Positions 40,984 to 49,300 of a DNA stretch of 61,531 nt are shown here, one piece after another. Location: the NCBI GenBank assembly GCA_016198275.1, contig JACQIX010000019.1, forward strand, positions 1 through 61,531. The letters run 5' to 3'. Under the pieces are notes generated by a model that was not told the DNA's origin, made no database searches, and saw nothing but the letters and a program-made list of their open reading frames with translations. Every line of letters begins with the position of its first letter. Positions within the stretch are counted from its first letter, which is position 1. A program made the position numbers and the translations under genes. The stretch comes from Candidatus Daviesbacteria bacterium. Lineage in GTDB: Bacteria; Patescibacteriota; Microgenomatia; Daviesbacterales; UBA10151.

Positions 40984-43226
40984 AAAATCAAGTCGCTGAA
41001 AAGAGTGTTTATACCTGTCCGATGCATCCAGAAGTGCAGATGGACAAGCCTGGCTCATGCCCAAAATGCGGGATGAAACTAGTGGAAAGCAAAATGAAGA
41101 TGAACCATGAGGGAATGGATCATGGTGCCATGGGTCACGGTGATCATGTAATGAAACCAGTGTCTCAAATGTCATGGTGGGAAAAATTCAAAATGAGCAT
41201 GACCATGGCTATGGGTATGGAGCATGGAGGCCTGGCAGGACGTGAGATGGCCAAACTTATGGAAGAGGATATTCGCAATAAGTTTTTTGTGGCGTTGATT
41301 CTGACCTTGCCGATTATCGCGTATTCACCTCTAGGAACAAACATCTTGGGGTTAAGACTCCCTGAGCCGATTCCTGCCAGCTGGACAATGTTTTTGTTGG
41401 CTACTCCTGTTTATTTTTACTCCGGCTGGATATTTCTCTACTCCACATACAAAGCATTAAAAGCAAAAACGCTTAACATGGCTGTGCTCATTGCTGTTGG
41501 TATCACCGCAGCATATGCATTTAGTGTGGTTCTAACGCTTCTCGGTAGCAAAGAATCTTTTTATGAAGCCGCTGCAATGCTAACCACATTCGTTCTCTTT
41601 GGTCATTGGATGGAGATGAAAAGTAGGCGTGGGACTACTGATGCGCTTCAAGCACTTTTTGACCTTGTCCCCCCTCAAGCGCGAGTAATACGAAATGGCA
41701 AAGAAGAGTTGATTCCTACAGCGCAAGTGCGATTGGGTGATGTTATTGTCTTAAAACCTGGAGATAAGGTGCCCGTTGACGGTGAAATAATAGAAGGTGA
41801 AACTGCCATTGATGAATCTTTAGTGACTGGTGAGTCTTTACCTGTTGTTAAAACAGTTGGTGATAAGGTGATCGGCGGCTCAATCAATACTTCGGGGTCA
41901 GTCCAATTTAAAGCAACTAAAATTGGTGAAGATACCGCTCTTGCTCAAATAGTCAAAATGGTTGAAACTGCCCAGAACTCCAAAGCTCCGGGGCAGAAAA
42001 TCGCTGATCGCTTTGCCAGATATTTAGTAGTTGTCGCTGTTGGCGGTGGACTTTTGACCTTCGCCGTCTGGTTTTTCATCCTCGGCCAGCCGATTCTCTT
42101 TGCACTTACTTTTGCCATCTCTACTGTCGTTATTGCCTGCCCTGATGCACTTGGACTGGCTACACCAACAGCTGTAGCAGTAGGTACTGGTTTGGGCGCA
42201 AAACATAATATTTTGATTAAAGATGCTCCTACTCTTGAGCAAGTTTCAAAAATACAATCTGTTGTTCTGGACAAAACAGGAACCCTCACTGAGGGTAAAC
42301 CTAAAATTACCGATGTGGTTGCTTCAAAAGGATTCACCGAGAACGATATTATTACACTTGATGCTGCAGCCGAAGCAAGATCTTCTCATCCTTTGAGTCT
42401 GGCGGTTTTAGAAGAAGCCAAACAAAGAAAACTTAGCATTCCTACTCAGGTGGAAAAATTTAAGAATCTAGCAGGTCATGGGGTTGAAGCAGTTGTTGAT
42501 GGTAAGCATGTGCTTGTCGGAACCGTAAAACTCATGAACGACTCGAGGGTTGATATTTCACCACTTCAAAAAGATATTGACAGACTACTCTCTGAAGGCA
42601 AAACCATCATGGTATTGGCTTTAGATAACAAAATTGCGGGCGTTGCAGCTGCTTCTGATCCGGTGAAGGAAAACGCTAAGCAAGCGATTACTCGTATGAA
42701 AGAGCTTGGGTTAGAGGTTGCGATGATTACCGGAGACAACAAAAAAACCGCTGAAGCCATTGGGAAACAGTTAAACATTGATAGAATCTTTTCCGAAGTA
42801 CTTCCGGGAGACAAAGCCTCCTACGTCAAGAAACTGCAACAGGAAGGCAAATTTACTGCCATGGTTGGTGATGGAGTCAATGATGCTCCGGCACTGGCTC
42901 AAGCTGATATCGGTATTGCCATTGGGGCCGGAACCGACGTAGCTATTGAAACAGCCAAAGTCGTACTGATGAAATCCGATCCTGCGGACGTTCTCAGAGC
43001 CATCAAGCTCTCTAAAGCGACTGTTCGTAAAATGAAACAGAATCTCTTCTGGGCTTCGATTTACAACCTATTGGCCATACCTGTTGCAGCCGGTGTTTTA
43101 TATCCCGCCTACAACATTTCATTACGTCCTGAAATCTCGGCACTTCTGATGAGCATTTCTTCCATTATTGTCGCAACTAATGCAGTCTTACTTAACCGAG
43201 CAGAAAAGGATCTTATAACCGTATGA
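40980..43226 (+). CDS. Copper-type P1B heavy-metal-translocating ATPase with an HMBD zinc-ribbon + His/Met-rich N-terminus and a non-canonical CPD transmembrane motif
   Basis: 748 aa. It has TGES (VTGESLPV), DKTGTLT, GDGVNDAP, TM7 YNLLAIP and TM8 MSISS. TM6 reads IACPDALGLATP (codons tgc cct gat). The N-terminus is YTCPMHPEVQMDKPGSCPKCGM followed by HEGMDHGAMGHGDHVM. There is no ferredoxin-like CxxC HMA domain. Confidence 0.92.
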   Translation: MKNQVAEKSVYTCPMHPEVQMDKPGSCPKCGMKLVESKMKMNHEGMDHGAMGHGDHVMKPVSQMSWWEKFKMSMTMAMGMEHGGLAGREMAKLMEEDIRNKFFVALILTLPIIAYSPLGTNILGLRLPEPIPASWTMFLLATPVYFYSGWIFLYSTYKALKAKTLNMAVLIAVGITAAYAFSVVLTLLGSKESFYEAAAMLTTFVLFGHWMEMKSRRGTTDALQALFDLVPPQARVIRNGKEELIPTAQVRLGDVIVLKPGDKVPVDGEIIEGETAIDESLVTGESLPVVKTVGDKVIGGSINTSGSVQFKATKIGEDTALAQIVKMVETAQNSKAPGQKIADRFARYLVVVAVGGGLLTFAVWFFILGQPILFALTFAISTVVIACPDALGLATPTAVAVGTGLGAKHNILIKDAPTLEQVSKIQSVVLDKTGTLTEGKPKITDVVASKGFTENDIITLDAAAEARSSHPLSLAVLEEAKQRKLSIPTQVEKFKNLAGHGVEAVVDGKHVLVGTVKLMNDSRVDISPLQKDIDRLLSEGKTIMVLALDNKIAGVAAASDPVKENAKQAITRMKELGLEVAMITGDNKKTAEAIGKQLNIDRIFSEVLPGDKASYVKKLQQEGKFTAMVGDGVNDAPALAQADIGIAIGAGTDVAIETAKVVLMKSDPADVLRAIKLSKATVRKMKQNLFWASIYNLLAIPVAAGVLYPAYNISLRPEISALLMSISSIIVATNAVLLNRAEKDLITV

Positions 43227-43648
43227 ACAGTGCAATAGCAAAAGGAACTCTGGCTTCACTGGTACTCCTTATAGTGTATTTCACCGTTGTCTCTTTGGTT
43301 TCCGGTTGGAGTTTTGCTCAGGATCAGTTTCGTCAATTCTGGTACTTCGTTGTTACTTTGGCAATAGGATTTGGTGTTCAGATAGGGCTGTATAGTTATC
43401 TTAAAAGTTCAATCAAAGGCGCGGTTAGTCCGAGAATTGTAACCACTACCGGAGCCACTTCCACTGCAGCGATGATTTCCTGCTGCGCCCATTACCTTGT
43501 GAACTTATTGCCCATCCTAGGCGCTGTTGGAATCATCACCGTTATCTCTCAGTACCAAGTGCAATTATTTTGGGTAGGTCTAGCGTTTAACTTTGCAGGA
43601 ATCGCTTATATGGCAAATAAAGTCTATAAATTCTCAAAACATATATGA
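43223..43648 (+). CDS. Small 4-TM membrane protein with an intramembrane Cys pair (SCCAHY)
   Basis: 141 aa with an ATGA overlap with the ATPase gene. MISCCAHYLVNLLPILG...SQYQVQLFWV is the same pattern as in 26484 and 27743. Confidence 0.45.
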   Translation: MNSAIAKGTLASLVLLIVYFTVVSLVSGWSFAQDQFRQFWYFVVTLAIGFGVQIGLYSYLKSSIKGAVSPRIVTTTGATSTAAMISCCAHYLVNLLPILGAVGIITVISQYQVQLFWVGLAFNFAGIAYMANKVYKFSKHI

Positions 43649-44106
43649 AAAACCAAAAGGTCATCATAATTGGTCTGGCAATTGTTATTATCGGAGCCGC
43701 TTTTTATTATGTGATCTTCAACCGTACAAACTCGTCAAGCACACAACCAGTTGGACCTGAACAATCAGAACAAAGTACTCTTTCAACCCAAACACTAACG
43801 GATGGAACTGTAACTTATAAAGTAACACCCAAAAATTTGACTTCTAGTGTCTCTACTTGGGATTTTGATATCAGCCTGGATACACATACCGGAAGCTTAG
43901 ATCAGGATCTAGTAGAAATCGTTCATCTGGTTGACGACAAAGGCAATGAATATAAAGCCACAACATGGGAGGGTGCCCCAGCTGGAGGTCATCATCGCGA
44001 AGGTATTCTTAGGTTCTCTCCAGTTACTCCACGCCCTGATTTCTTTGAATTGAAAATACAAACTACAAGTAGCACAGAAAATAATAGTTTGCGCTGGAAT
44101 ATATGA
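43645..44106 (+). CDS. Membrane-anchored extracytoplasmic protein of unknown function
   Basis: 153 aa with an ATGA overlap. A TM anchor is followed by a beta-rich-looking domain with a GGHHREG patch. Confidence 0.4.
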   Translation: MKNQKVIIIGLAIVIIGAAFYYVIFNRTNSSSTQPVGPEQSEQSTLSTQTLTDGTVTYKVTPKNLTSSVSTWDFDISLDTHTGSLDQDLVEIVHLVDDKGNEYKATTWEGAPAGGHHREGILRFSPVTPRPDFFELKIQTTSSTENNSLRWNI

Positions 44107-44588
44107 ACAAAACATTACGACATTATGAAGAAAGCGTGCTTATTCCCGCCTCTCCCCATGATTTGTTTAATTATGTAGATGACCATAAGAACTTTTCTTC
44201 CCATATGAGTAAGGCATCGCCGATGTTGGGTGGAGGAAAAATGGAAGTATCAGTTGACGAAGGAGATGGTCGGAAGGTTGGTTCACACATCCGGTTAAAG
44301 GGAACTGCCTTTGGAATCAAATTGTCTTTGGATGAAGTGGTCACACGTTATGAACCGCCATTATTAAAAACTTGGGAAACGGTTGGAATTCCAAAACTTT
44401 TGGTAATCGGTCAGTACCGCATGGGGGTTGAGATAAAACCGCAAAATACTAATTCCCTCCTTCGAGTTTTTATTGATTACGACTTACCAACTACAAATAC
44501 CTGGTTAGGACAGTTGTTTAGTGGTTTTTATGCAAAATGGTGCGTCCGGCAAATGCTTAAAGGGGCAAGTGTTCATTTTACTAAATAG
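44103..44588 (+). CDS. SRPBCC (START/polyketide-cyclase-like) superfamily protein
   Basis: 161 aa with an ATGA overlap. The N-terminus (ESVLIPASPHDLFNYVDDHKNFSSHM) and the length fit the SRPBCC fold. The call is tentative. Confidence 0.45.
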   Translation: MNKTLRHYEESVLIPASPHDLFNYVDDHKNFSSHMSKASPMLGGGKMEVSVDEGDGRKVGSHIRLKGTAFGIKLSLDEVVTRYEPPLLKTWETVGIPKLLVIGQYRMGVEIKPQNTNSLLRVFIDYDLPTTNTWLGQLFSGFYAKWCVRQMLKGASVHFTK

Positions 44589-44603
44589 AAAGAGGTGATT
44601 TAT

Positions 44604-44801
44604 ATGGGAATTGCAGATATTTTCAAAAAAGCGGCCAAGAAATTGGATGAAGGCAAAGATCCAATTTGTGGCATGAAGGTAGACTTGGAAACTACCAAAT
44701 TCAAAAGTACTTATCAGGGCAAAGTATATGGATTTTGTTCAGAGGAATGTAAAAAGACTTTTAACAAAAATCCATTTCAGTACGCAGATGCAAACTGCTA
44801 A
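44604..44801 (+). CDS. YHS (TRASH-type) metal-binding domain protein
   Basis: 65 aa from the ATG at 44604, with AGAGGTGA upstream. DPICGMKVDLETTKFKSTYQGKVYGFCSEECKKTFNKNP is a typical YHS domain. Confidence 0.7.
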   Translation: MGIADIFKKAAKKLDEGKDPICGMKVDLETTKFKSTYQGKVYGFCSEECKKTFNKNPFQYADANC

Positions 44802-44828
44802 TAATTTATTGAGAGGAGGTGAGAAGTT

Positions 44829-45050
44829 ATGAAACCATCAAAATTAATGCATATCGCTAGTATTATTGTCGGGTTTGTTGGCATTATTTCATTCGCAAGT
44901 GCTATTTTGGGTGGATCGGATAATCTCGTATTCGGGATTACGAAGACGGACGCACTACTGTGCTCTGCCATTCTTATTCTTATCGCCATCTGGACTCAGA
45001 TAGCGACAATCCATCACATAATGCTTGAGAAGAAGGGAGAAATTGTTTAA
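44829..45050 (+). CDS. Small two-TM membrane protein
   Basis: 73 aa. GGAGGTGA lies 6 nt upstream of the ATG. Hydrophobic, no motif. Confidence 0.4.
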   Translation: MKPSKLMHIASIIVGFVGIISFASAILGGSDNLVFGITKTDALLCSAILILIAIWTQIATIHHIMLEKKGEIV

Positions 45051-45096
45051 TCAATAATTCTATTATGGAAGTATTAATGAATGGAGGTGAGAAATT

Positions 45097-45363
45097 ATGA
45101 AACATGAACCAAATGCTACTGCCAATGCAGCTGCAGTTACCGTTGCAGCGCTCTATGTTGTTTGCCGAATAGCTATCGCGCTATTTCCTGATTTAGCAAT
45201 GTCTGTTGCCCAGTCGTGGTTCCATGGCTTGGAGCTTAGTAAAGTTTCCGGATGGAATCTATCGATGGGCCCATTCATTTTGGGGCTTATGACATCTGCC
45301 GGAGGAGCGTGGTTAGTAGGTTACGTTTTTGCGACTGCTTATAACTATTTTGCCAAGAAATAA
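45097..45363 (+). CDS. Small two-TM membrane protein
   Basis: 88 aa. GGAGGTGA lies 6 nt upstream of the ATG. Hydrophobic, no motif. Confidence 0.4.
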   Translation: MKHEPNATANAAAVTVAALYVVCRIAIALFPDLAMSVAQSWFHGLELSKVSGWNLSMGPFILGLMTSAGGAWLVGYVFATAYNYFAKK

Positions 45364-45376
45364 CTTGTGGACTTGT

Positions 45377-45637
45377 TTAAACGTTAGTAAGATCGTTCAT
45401 CGAGACACCAAGAGCTTTAGCAATCTTCCACATAACATAAACTGTTGGGTGGTATTTCCCAAGCTCCAAATGACCCACATAAGTGAGATGCAGTCCAGCT
45501 TTTTCTGCCAGTTCTTGCTGGGTTAGTTTCTTGTTTTTTCTCGCCTCCTTCAGTCTTTCACTTAATCTTTTTGTGAACTCCCTTCTGAGTCTAGAATTTT
45601 CTGCCTCCGTTGAGGGAGTTTGAAATGATAATCCCAT
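45377..45637 (-). CDS. XRE-family helix-turn-helix transcriptional regulator
   Basis: 86 aa containing LTQQELAEKAGLHLTYVGHLELGKYHPTVYVMWKIAKALGVSMNDL. Confidence 0.8.
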   Translation of the reverse strand: MGLSFQTPSTEAENSRLRREFTKRLSERLKEARKNKKLTQQELAEKAGLHLTYVGHLELGKYHPTVYVMWKIAKALGVSMNDLTNV

Positions 45638-45654
45638 CTATCATATTGTCTAGA

Positions 45655-45702
45655 GTACTCATAGGATTTTATATAGCGTACTCATCTAACTTTTGATATA
45701 AT
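45655..45702 (+). promoter_or_regulatory. Divergent control region: two GTACTCAT repeats and an extended -10
   Basis: GTACTCAT occurs at 45655-45662 and 45678-45685, 23 bp apart. TGaTATAAT lies at 45694-45702, upstream of the GTG at 45739. Confidence 0.4.
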
Positions 45703-45738
45703 CCTTGATAAATAAGGCAAAGATTGGAGGTGATAAAA

Positions 45739-46266
45739 GTGAAGAAATGTAAATCTTGTAAGGCTGAGATACCATCAGACGCTAAAAAGTGTTCACATTG
45801 TGGAACCGACCAAAGGGGTTGGCTCAGACGGCACCCGATACTTACTGGCCTTTTGGTATTATTCGTAATAGGTTTTATCGGAATAGCCGCCAGCGGAGGC
45901 GAAAGTACAAGCACAAGTCAGCCTACCGCCCAGACAACAGGTGCTGAGACCAGATCAGCAGAGCCGATGAAGATAACCGCCAAGGAGCTTGCGGATGCTT
46001 TTGATGAAAACCAAGTAAGTGCTGAAAAAACATGGGGCGGGAAGTATGTTGAGTTTTCCGCTATCGTGTCAAACATCACGGACTCCGGACTTTCATTCAG
46101 CAGTGTTGCCTCGAAAGAGTTTTCTTTGGCACAGATCAGCTGTCGAGTGAAGGACAAAAACCAACTGCTTTCATTGAAAAACGGCCAGAGTGTTACTGTG
46201 AGGGGTATTGTGGGGAGTCAAACCATTGGAGTGATTGATGTTGATGACTGTGAAGTGGTCAAATAA
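45739..46266 (+). CDS. Zinc-ribbon - TM - OB-fold (tRNA_anti-like) protein
   Basis: 175 aa from the GTG at 45739, with GGAGGTGA 5 nt upstream. CKSCKAEIPSDAKKCSHCG is followed by a TM helix and then AKELADAFDENQVSAEKTWGGKYVEFSAIV...VTVRGIV, typical of tRNA_anti-like OB domains. Confidence 0.5.
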   Translation: MKKCKSCKAEIPSDAKKCSHCGTDQRGWLRRHPILTGLLVLFVIGFIGIAASGGESTSTSQPTAQTTGAETRSAEPMKITAKELADAFDENQVSAEKTWGGKYVEFSAIVSNITDSGLSFSSVASKEFSLAQISCRVKDKNQLLSLKNGQSVTVRGIVGSQTIGVIDVDDCEVVK

Positions 46267-46286
46267 TAAAATCTTCAGTACGCGGA

Positions 46287-46315
46287 TTTAAGCCGGTTGC
46301 CCCTCCCGGCTTAAA
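46287..46315 (+). terminator. Stem-loop downstream of the OB-fold gene (possible terminator, no clear U-tract)
   Basis: 10-bp stem TTTAAGCCGG (46287-46296) / CCGGCTTAAA (46306-46315) with a 9-nt loop. Confidence 0.35.
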
Positions 46316-46369
46316 ATGTTGGCCTAAGTATTTAGGTTCCAATTATTGTAAAATATACATGCTGCCCGA

Positions 46370-49300
46370 ATGGGCATTTTTTATGGAAGAAATATGGAAG
46401 ACAGAATAGAACCTCTAGAGGCGGAACAAGCTAGGCAAGCGACAGATGCTATTAAAGGATATATTTATCAAATTTGGCAAAGTTTATATAAATGGATTCA
46501 TTTAGCAGATGAAGAAATTTTATATTTGGAAGGTGCCGAAGACTTCGATGTTTTATCGCCTGATAAATCTGTAACCACTCAAGTCAAGGATTTATCTAAA
46601 ACATTAACTCTGCGTTCGCCCGAGATAACCGAAGCAATCTCCAATTTTTGGAAATTAAGACAAAGAGAGAAACGAAATGTGATTTTTCAGTTTCTTACGA
46701 CTGCCGAAAAAGGGCAGGAGCAAGGGAATCCATTTAATGGATTTACAGGGTTAAATTATTGGGAGCAATGTAAAAATGGCGGCAATACATCTCACATAAA
46801 GAAATTTTTACTTCGATTGAAGGGTTTGCCGCCGGAATTGACTAAATTTATAAAGACGAGTTCTAACGCAGAATTTCTTAAGGAGCTAATAATTCCGATT
46901 GAATGGAACACAGGCGAGGGGAATCTTGAGGAGGTAAGAAAACAAGTTGAAAACGACCTAATCGTTTATGGTGAAAAGCATAAATATTCGGCCTCCGATT
47001 CAAAAAGAGCTGCTGCAATTTTGTACGATAAAGTATGTACAATTCTGTGTATAAAGGATCTCCGACAGCGCTGTCTCACCAAGGCTAGCTTTATCGAAGC
47101 TTTTGAAGATGCCTTAAGTGAAAAAGTTTCAAAGAGCGAATTGATTCTTTTGCGTAAAACCCAAAGTCAGTTTACAGAGATAATTCAAGATCTTAGTAAT
47201 TTTCTGGGCATGGGAGCGTCTGGCAAGACAGTAAATTTTCAGGTAACAAATCCATATATTGTTAATAAAAATTTGTTTATAACAAGGGGTAAACTGGTTG
47301 CACAAGTTCATCAAAAACTATCAAAGACCGACTTTCTACTCATAAGAGGTTCAACTGGTATGGGAAAGTCTTTGTTGTCGTTGGATGCTGTAGATCATGA
47401 TCGAGATAATTGGCGCTGGATTAGCTTCAGAAAACTGAGTGGGATCCAAATAAATGAGGTTTTACATGGATTATATGATGTTGTTTCGGGAGATATCCTT
47501 AACTATATTCTGGATGATATAAATTTCGATAGCGATTATTCCTTATATGAACAGAGTTTTGAGCGATTTGTTAATCTACTGAGAAATAGTGATAAAAAAA
47601 TTATTGTTACCTCCCAAAAGAAAATACCATCTCGTCTAGGATTAAAGCTTGGCCTGTCGAATGTAAATGAAATAATCGTTAACAACTTTGATACTGATGA
47701 AGTAACAAGCTTGTTAAGGTTAAACTCCTGTCCCGGGACAGATTTAAACTTATGGGTCAAGGATATTCAAATTACCACCAGATCGCATCCTCAGTTAGCC
47801 CATGCGCGAGCCAGAAGGTTATCACAAGAGCATTGGGATAAATCCAAAGCTATTTTGCGGACAGAGGAACTAACAGAGGTTAGGCGTGAAGTGGTTGGGA
47901 ATTTAATGTCGGAACTGCCATCCACCGAATCAAGAGATTTACTATTGCGACTGAGTATTTTAACTGGTTCATTTAAGCTAAAAAATGCGTTGATTCTTGC
48001 CAAATATCCAACGCTTATTAAAACTCCTGGAGTATTCTTTAACCAACTCATTGGACCTTATGTAGAACAGGTTGCTGAGGATAGTTATCGATTAAGCCCT
48101 CTTCTAGATAATGCCTTTCAAAGTAATTTTTCTCCAGATGAAATTAGAACGCTGCATGCAGTAGCGGGCGAATCTTATCTATCAAAAACTCTTAACCCGG
48201 ACGACTTCTCTAACATTCTCCTGCATGGAGTTACGAGTGAGTCTGGTAGATTACTTACTTTTGCTTTTTCGGCATTCTTATCAATCAAAGGACCTTACAA
48301 GAAGTTAATTTACCCCCATATTGATTGGATAACAATGGTCCACATAGGCACTGGCAGGTTGGCATTCCCGCAGGATGAGATTATGAATCTCATGTTTAGA
48401 TATATTCAATTCAGTGTAGCGGTAGAAACAAGTAACGCAAAGTTTGCACTGGCAGTAGCGGATGTTTGGTTTGAAGAGATCAATAAATTCACCGGTAAGG
48501 GACCACTTCAAAAGTTGGACAAACATATAAATTTGTTTCCTTTTATGTTTTATCTTTCAGTATTTCGTTATAACGATTTGGCTATTCCAATTAGTAAATG
48601 TGTGGAATGGTTAATCTCAGCCTTGGGTTTTATAGAAAAAAATCCTGAAATAAATACGATTTTTAAACCCCGCTGGAAGGAAGAGAATTTATCTTGGATA
48701 GAGTTAACGCTTGAGGTTGCTTTAACCAAAAGAATAAACAGTTCAAATATAGATGAATTTATGTCCGCAATCGCTAACCAAAAAAATGGAGACAGATTAC
48801 TAAAACTTATTGATGACCACGACACATTGCCCAAAAGGATAGTCGATAACGTCTGGTTGGATCAGATAGATTCAAAAACCCCAGATTGGCAAAAAGCCCT
48901 AGCGCAGCTTGAAAAAATAAGGGAATTCACATTAAGAAACAAAGCGGTTAACATTTCCGCTATTGCGGTCAGGTCAATTGCACTTATAAAGAACGAGTAT
49001 CTTCAAGACAAGAAAGGGGCTGTAAAAGCAATCGCTGATGGGATCAAAGCACTGGACAAACATCCAGAACTAATAAATTATGAGGCAAAAATTGCTTTTA
49101 TAGATCGGGATTATATTACTGCTCTGAAAATTTGGAATCGAGTACTACCGGATTTAGCAAAACATGGAGATTTGACAGCCGCTTTTGCCTATAGGGACGC
49201 AGCTGTTGCAGCAGCACAAACGAACGATTGGGTAACCGCCGCAAAGTACTTTAAATCGGCATCAAGTTACACCGGTAAACAAAACGAAAAGATATTCAGA

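Noticed and set aside
41945-42337. 130-aa and 72-aa minus-strand ORFs inside the P-type ATPase
   Set aside because: They are antisense to the DKTGT/TM6 region of a clearly intact ATPase. No independent support.
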